Assembly (NCBI GenBank): GCA_963976765.1
Contig: CAXBME010000017.1
Coordinates: forward strand, 1-64,000
DNA from: an uncultured Planctomycetaceae bacterium
GTDB lineage: Bacteria; Planctomycetota; Planctomycetia; Planctomycetales; Planctomycetaceae
DNA length: 64,000 bases
Direction: 5' to 3'
Shown here in pieces: positions 58,650 to 64,000 of the stretch. The position numbers and the translations under genes are program-made. Numbering within the stretch: position 1 is the stretch's first letter; each line of letters starts with the position of its first letter. The notes under the pieces are model-generated. The model worked only from the letters and a program-made list of their open reading frames with translations, was not told where the DNA came from and did not search any database.

Positions 58650-59780
58650 ATGCCTTATCGACTCGCCGTTGTCTGCTTGTTGCTTTGCTGTTCACCTGCC
58701 TTTGCACAGGTGGAACGGGTCTGGCTGGGACATCGTTCACACGATCCCGGCAAACTGGTCGTCAACTGGATGACGACAGAACCGGGTGATTCCGTCGTTC
58801 GATTCGGCAGGACGGCGGAGTACGGACACGAGGTTCGAGTCGCCAATGACTCGACGATGCACCATGTCGAGATTCCGCTCGAAGAATCAGGCGGCGAATA
58901 CCACTACTTCGTCAGCACGGGAGACCAGTATTCCAAGGATGCGACTTTCAAGGCGTATCCGGCTGATGTGCTGAGAGTCGCCGTTGCTGCCGACTGGCAA
59001 GGGCTGCCGGACCTCACAGCGATCATCAAAGATGATCCCCACCTGCTGCTGACTGCCGGAGACAACATATCGAACACGCATCAACTGTGCGGTGCCGGGA
59101 CCAAGGACTGCGTTACGCCCTACGCCAGACTGATCGACTGCTACCCGGAACTGTTTCGTTCCGTCCCTTTCATGCCGGTGCTCGGAAACCACGACAAGGA
59201 GATGCGGCCACGGGGCAGCAAGCCACCGGAACAGCCGGTGTATGACATTGATGCTACGGCCTTTCGACTATTCTTCGAGTTGCCGGACGATGAATGGAAA
59301 TGGCACTTCGATGTGCCGGGGTTCGACGTTCGATTTGCCGCACTCGATCTGAATCATATTTCGGACTTCGGCACGACGTGGCAGGCTTCGCATTCCTTCA
59401 AGAAGGACTCCGAGCAATTCCATTGGTACGACAAACTGATGGCAGAGCAGTCACGAAAGTTCGTCGTGACGCTCTACAACGAGCGGAATGGGTCGATGCG
59501 TGCTCAGGAGCGTGGAGCATGGCATGAGATGTTTCGCAAAGGCACGATGGCGATCACAGGCTTCGGCTATTACGCCGAACGTGCCGAGGTTGATGGTTTC
59601 ACTTACTACAACACATCACTGAGCGGTAAAGGCAACCAGTATGCCGATTCTCAGTCGAAGTTTCTGAAAGGCAAAGACAGCTACATTCTGCTGACGCTCA
59701 CAAAGAATCCGGCGAAGATGGTGGTCGAGATCAAAGGTCTGGATGGAACGGTGCTGGATCGAAAAGTATTCGGAGAATGA
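58650..59780 (+). CDS. secreted metallophosphoesterase with purple-acid-phosphatase-like N-terminal domain
   Basis: Signal peptide, VNW.T, AADWQ, TAGDN, LGNHD. Confidence 0.85.
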   Translation: MPYRLAVVCLLLCCSPAFAQVERVWLGHRSHDPGKLVVNWMTTEPGDSVVRFGRTAEYGHEVRVANDSTMHHVEIPLEESGGEYHYFVSTGDQYSKDATFKAYPADVLRVAVAADWQGLPDLTAIIKDDPHLLLTAGDNISNTHQLCGAGTKDCVTPYARLIDCYPELFRSVPFMPVLGNHDKEMRPRGSKPPEQPVYDIDATAFRLFFELPDDEWKWHFDVPGFDVRFAALDLNHISDFGTTWQASHSFKKDSEQFHWYDKLMAEQSRKFVVTLYNERNGSMRAQERGAWHEMFRKGTMAITGFGYYAERAEVDGFTYYNTSLSGKGNQYADSQSKFLKGKDSYILLTLTKNPAKMVVEIKGLDGTVLDRKVFGE

Positions 59781-59785
59781 ACTCG

Positions 59786-59905
59786 TGGAACAGGCTGATG
59801 TCACCGTCTTCTACATTGAGATGCTCACGCCGTCGCAACGAACCGTGCCAGCGCCACGAGATGGCCTGATTCTTCTTCACGCTCAACAGCCGTCCGTACG
59901 CGACT
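59786..59905 (+). pseudogene. possible N-terminal fragment of a GNAT acetyltransferase
   Basis: VTVFYIEML...PAPRDGL...QQPSV, then similarity is lost. Confidence 0.3.
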
Positions 59906-60156
59906 CACCTACTGGTCCGAGCCCGGCGAATACTCAATCAAAGCAAGCTATGTAGTTTACACTGGTCTCCCACCATTCCCGTTTCCCAATGCGAAGAAGC
60001 CTGTGAGCAAGCCCCAACAATTTGTTGTCACAACGCGCCCATCAAGTTGCAGGTCATACTGGCCCAGCAGACTGAATGGTTGAGCTTGAATGTTGAGTCC
60101 TTGTTCGAGGGAAATGGTAAGCCGTTACCTGTGAAATACTTTTGACTTTGAACAGC

Positions 60157-61080
60157 CTATGACTCTGCCAATTGACCATTCAGCTTCAGGACAGCGACTT
60201 CTTTTGCTTTGGCCTCAACCTCAACCGTCACCGTTTGGCCACGCCAGCACTCAGGAAAGTCCTTGATGTCGATGAAGTCGTGATGTCGTCTCGGCTTCGG
60301 TCCATCCCAGCCTTCGATGGGGCTTGAGATATGAAAGAGTGGTTCTCGATTCCACGTCGCTATTGCTTGATTAGTTGCCTCTTCAACGGAAAGTTCATCC
60401 TGATTGCAGCGGTGATGATGAACGTCGTAAACGAGTGGAATTCCTTCGCCTCGGCAAAGCGGCAACAGATCGGACGGCGTATAGGTCACGTCGTCGTTCT
60501 CAACGGTCAGTCGGCTTCGAACTCGATCTGAGAGTTGACTCAGATTCCGGGCGAACGATTCAAGAGCCGCTGGTTTATCGCCGTAGGCTCCACCGCCGTG
60601 AATGTTGACAACATCAGCGTTGATCCATTCGGCGACTTCTGACTGGTATTCAAGCTCGGCGACGGATCGTTGCACCACGTCCGGCCTTGGCGAATTCAAC
60701 ACTACGAATTGGTCGGGATGGAAACACGTTCGAACATTGTTCGCCGCCGCAAAGTCACCACATGCTTTGAATCGGGTCACGATCTCGTCGCCATCAGGAA
60801 GATCAGACATGTCGTAGCCGCACTCAGAATGTGTCTTGACCGGAAGTATCTGGCTGTTGATTCGAAAGCAGCCAATCCCGCTATCAGCACAGAACTGTAT
60901 TGCTGACTGCAATGCGCCGGCATTTGCCATGCACAGACCCGACAACTTCACGAGAGCGTCACTTCGATCCATCTGGCGAATAGCCGTGACGGTCGTATTG
61001 CGAAACTTGATCGGCTGTTCGTGAAAAATGCAGCACAGGCCGAGCCGCAAGCATGACGGTGGTGGCGACTTCATATTCAA
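60157..61080 (-). CDS. uvsE: UV damage endonuclease
   Basis: RLGLCC, FRINS, FHPDQFVVLNS, NIHGGG, VENDD, YDVHHH, HHDFI. Confidence 0.93.
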   Translation of the reverse strand: MNMKSPPPSCLRLGLCCIFHEQPIKFRNTTVTAIRQMDRSDALVKLSGLCMANAGALQSAIQFCADSGIGCFRINSQILPVKTHSECGYDMSDLPDGDEIVTRFKACGDFAAANNVRTCFHPDQFVVLNSPRPDVVQRSVAELEYQSEVAEWINADVVNIHGGGAYGDKPAALESFARNLSQLSDRVRSRLTVENDDVTYTPSDLLPLCRGEGIPLVYDVHHHRCNQDELSVEEATNQAIATWNREPLFHISSPIEGWDGPKPRRHHDFIDIKDFPECWRGQTVTVEVEAKAKEVAVLKLNGQLAES

Positions 61081-61084
61081 AAGA

Positions 61085-61486
61085 TCACAATCCCCAATTC
61101 ATCCATGTCATGCTGAGTTGCAGGATGGTCGCTGTTGAAACCCAGACGAAGTACGGCACCTGAGCCACGGCGACCCATTTGTGGTGCTTCCAGATCACGA
61201 GCATCATCCAGACGATGGTTCCCCAGACGATCAGAATATCGACTGCGGCCAGCGGCAAACTCCGCAGTCCGAATTGAATCGGCGTGAAGATCAGGTTGGC
61301 CACGAGATTGATACCGAAAGGCAGGACGACTTTCCTGTCCAGCTTCCCTCGAAACGCTCGGACGAAGACGAACCCAAAAGATACCACAACGACGGGATAA
61401 AGGATCTGCCAGATTAGGCCAATGGTTGCTGGTGCTGGCGTCCAATCGGGCTTCCAAAGGCCGTTATACCACTCCATCCATGTCAT
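61085..61486 (-). CDS. tspO: TspO/MBR tryptophan-rich sensory protein
   Basis: WY..L.KPDWTP, IWQILY, PYFVWV..AT. Confidence 0.9.
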   Translation of the reverse strand: MTWMEWYNGLWKPDWTPAPATIGLIWQILYPVVVVSFGFVFVRAFRGKLDRKVVLPFGINLVANLIFTPIQFGLRSLPLAAVDILIVWGTIVWMMLVIWKHHKWVAVAQVPYFVWVSTATILQLSMTWMNWGL

Positions 61487-61523
61487 GTGACTCGGCTCCT
61501 GACCTTCACGTAGCCCCGGACGA

Positions 61524-62519
61524 TTATGGAAGTTCTGGTGGCGTGACCTTTGGAGCTTTTCCCGTCAGTGATTTCATGAACTCCACAAGCAACGGGATTT
61601 CCGAGAAGCTGCGGCCTGCCACCGCCGAGGTGTCTGGATCAAGCCCGTCTGGTCCAGAGGCAGGGATGCCCCGGTAATAGAATTCCACAACCTCTTCGAG
61701 CGTCTTCTGCGATCCGTCGTGCATGTAAGGACCGGTCTCAGAGATATTGCGAAGACTCGGAGTTCGAAAACGGTAGCGGTCTTCCTTTTTGCCGGTGACC
61801 TTGGCACGCCCCTCATCTTTGAACGACACACCAAGCCGATAGTACTTGCCGTCACTGAGGAGCGGGCCGTTGTGGCATTCGATGCACCCGGCTTCTCCCC
61901 GAAAAAGTTCCAGTCCCGCCTTGGCGTCGTCGGCCAGAGCGTTTTCCTCACCGGCAAGATACCGATCAAACGGAGATGGCTTCGTTACCAGTGTTCTTTG
62001 AAATGCCGCCAGTGATTTGGCGATCCCACTTCGGTTTGGCTTTGTACCGAAGACTTTCTCGAACTCCGCCACGTATCCGGGATTCGCAGCCAGTTCGACT
62101 TCGAGTTTATCCAAATCCTGATTCATCTCGACCGCTGATTGAATCGGACCAAGAGCCTGCTCTTCCAGACTGGCCGCTCGCCCATCCCAGAAGAACGTCT
62201 TGAAGAATCCGACGTTCAGACAGGACTGTGTATGTCGTTCCAGAATCCTGCCGCCTGCTCCGGGCGAGAGTGCGAGCCCGTCACCGTATGCCTTTTCCGG
62301 TATATGACAGGTTGCACAACTCATTCTGTTATCACCGGAAAGCCTTGGGTCAAAGAACAGCTTCTTTCCGAGTTCGACTTTGGTCTGAGTCGTTGGATTA
62401 TCCTTTGGTGCTGTCACCTTCAGCGGTAAAGGTGCGAAATCAGAGTCAGACTGCGGCGTTTCAGCATGAGCGGCGGATGACAAAGCAATGGTGAGAAAAA
62501 CTGCCAGCCAGCGAGACAT
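61524..62519 (-). CDS. diheme cytochrome c peroxidase/MauG family protein
   Basis: Signal peptide, LFFDPRLS, CATCH, FWDGRA, CIECH, TPSLRN, PYMHDG. Confidence 0.92.
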   Translation of the reverse strand: MSRWLAVFLTIALSSAAHAETPQSDSDFAPLPLKVTAPKDNPTTQTKVELGKKLFFDPRLSGDNRMSCATCHIPEKAYGDGLALSPGAGGRILERHTQSCLNVGFFKTFFWDGRAASLEEQALGPIQSAVEMNQDLDKLEVELAANPGYVAEFEKVFGTKPNRSGIAKSLAAFQRTLVTKPSPFDRYLAGEENALADDAKAGLELFRGEAGCIECHNGPLLSDGKYYRLGVSFKDEGRAKVTGKKEDRYRFRTPSLRNISETGPYMHDGSQKTLEEVVEFYYRGIPASGPDGLDPDTSAVAGRSFSEIPLLVEFMKSLTGKAPKVTPPELP

Positions 62520-62607
62520 CAAGGAACTTCCTGAGTAGAACGATATTTCCGAACGTTCTATGTTTTTAGACAGCAACCGACCGATGACAACAGACAACAA
62601 CCAAAAG

Positions 62608-63153
62608 TTAAAGATCGGCTGGATCGATTCCGCTTTCAGGCTCATCAACCGATTGAGCAAGCCGCCTGAACGCTTCCTTCGGCCTGCCGTATCGGTCATC
62701 GCAATCACCAGCGATAGACGACAGAAGGAAGTTGTTTAACTTGAAACCCACTTCGTGCGGGGCCATGTCGCCTTCAATCAAGTGAATTTTTGCCGCCATC
62801 ACAAGTTCATTGATGGAACCGGTGACTGACCGACTCAATGCCTTTGCAAACTCAACTGTATCACTCGACGGAGCAACATGTCGGTGATAGATGTCGCCTT
62901 CGCCATCGTTTTCCATGAACTCCCGAATCAGTCCGAGTACCAGTTGAATAAACTGGCCGTCGTTTCGGATTCCTCGGGCATGCACGACGCACGAATACAT
63001 CAAGGCTGTGTTGCACACGATGATGTGTTGAGTGCGATCCGCCGTGAAAACGTGACACGACCAATCCGTAAACGAATTCTCAGCAAGAGGTGATTCAGAA
63101 AGTCTGCCTGCCTTGATCTTCGTGGCGAGCTTATGGGAGAGGCGAAGGATCAT
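62608..63153 (-). CDS. DUF6933-like hypothetical protein
   Basis: MILRLSHKL, DWSCH, RSVTGSINE. Confidence 0.6.
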   Translation of the reverse strand: MILRLSHKLATKIKAGRLSESPLAENSFTDWSCHVFTADRTQHIIVCNTALMYSCVVHARGIRNDGQFIQLVLGLIREFMENDGEGDIYHRHVAPSSDTVEFAKALSRSVTGSINELVMAAKIHLIEGDMAPHEVGFKLNNFLLSSIAGDCDDRYGRPKEAFRRLAQSVDEPESGIDPADL

Positions 63154-63836
63154 CGCTTGGACACCCCTTCAGGCGGCAATAGTTTCTGTACCGACTCTGC
63201 CACCTGTTTCCCCTGAGCCTCTTTGCCCTTGGCGTTGAAGTGAGTACCGTCACCTGAATGCCAGTCAGGATGGTCTTCCACGAGTTCGAACAAGTCATTC
63301 GCGGGAATGGCTCGTTCCTTCATGATCTCAGCAGCAAGTTGATTCCTGACCTTTACTCGTGAGGTTCGCTCATGGAACTTCTGAAGGTCGCTGCCGACTC
63401 GAACCGGCGTTGTTGTCGCCCAGATCAACTTTGCATCTCCTGACGACTTCCTGATGGCGTCGACAGTTTTTGCCAGACCATCACCGTACTGATCCTCGGT
63501 GTAACCCCAGCCGTGCAAGCCGTTGTTGAAGTGAATCACGGCAAACCGGTAGTGCTTGAGCAGAAGCTGGACTTCATCGACGAACGACGGATCGGACACA
63601 CATTTTGAGGTCGTCAGCCGGGCACAGTACGCCTTGCCAGCCAGATGCTTCTCGACTTCGGCGAAGTAGCCCCGTGTTATCGAGTCGCCGATCAGGAGCA
63701 CTCGTGGCAGGTCGTCTTTGTCGGCGTCAGTGACCCAGATGTCCGCCCATTCGATCCGTTCCCGGACAGGCTCTTCGGCAGACACGAACTGAGGGATCAA
63801 CAGGAACGAAATCAGGGCAGAAAGTCTGAGTGTCAT
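63150..63836 (-). CDS. secreted SGNH/GDSL hydrolase
   Basis: LLIGDSI, HFNNGLH, ATTTP, DGTHF. Confidence 0.9.
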   Translation of the reverse strand: MTLRLSALISFLLIPQFVSAEEPVRERIEWADIWVTDADKDDLPRVLLIGDSITRGYFAEVEKHLAGKAYCARLTTSKCVSDPSFVDEVQLLLKHYRFAVIHFNNGLHGWGYTEDQYGDGLAKTVDAIRKSSGDAKLIWATTTPVRVGSDLQKFHERTSRVKVRNQLAAEIMKERAIPANDLFELVEDHPDWHSGDGTHFNAKGKEAQGKQVAESVQKLLPPEGVSKR

Positions 63837-64000
63837 GGCAGGCTCTTTCGGGGCGTGGTTGGGATGAGGTACGCCCAGATTCTCTTGGAACAGGCTGCTC
63901 CTGCAACCATCACGCCCACGGCCCTGATGAATCCTCGGCCTGCCTGATTTGACCAATTCGGTACTTGTTCTGAACGAAGTCGCAAGGAAACGACTCGGAC

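Noticed and set aside
1..64000. CRISPR array or cas operon
   Set aside because: No regularly spaced repeats seen; the Cas4-like nuclease at 54358 has no cas1/cas2 or array nearby.

Overview
Bacterial chromosomal window, very likely a planctomycete (DUF1549/DUF1553 protein, long NfeD, planctomycete-style tyrosine integrase). 1-32 kb: a damaged IS3 element, housekeeping genes, and a ~14 kb nitrogen-oxide/oxygen locus with two sigma54-type promoters. That locus encodes a NirB-like flavoprotein-[2Fe-2S] whose siroheme domain is replaced by a putative diheme-b membrane domain, an 11-heme-motif cytochrome c, a DUF3365 heme lipoprotein, a globin, NrtABCD, a triple-GAF protein and a FixL/FixJ-like pair. 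32.2-56.3 kb: a ~24 kb element integrated in tRNA-Val(TAC), with 23-bp att repeats and arm-type repeats. It carries a tyrosine integrase whose C-terminus runs through the att core, an excisionase, a replication module with no recognisable primase (family A DNA polymerase, Cys-rich SF2 helicase-HTH, gp32-like SSB), and a two-HsdM type I R-M locus with inserted defence genes, including a DUF262-HEPN cassette between 87-bp copies of the hsdR 5' end. Beyond attR: gene debris and accessory genes (uvdE, tspO, cytochrome c peroxidase, SGNH hydrolase). Best candidates for undescribed systems: the PolA-carrying tRNA-integrated defence element, and the NAD(P)H-to-periplasm multiheme conduit with NreABC-like sensing. 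All family calls come from motifs read by eye; no searches were run.
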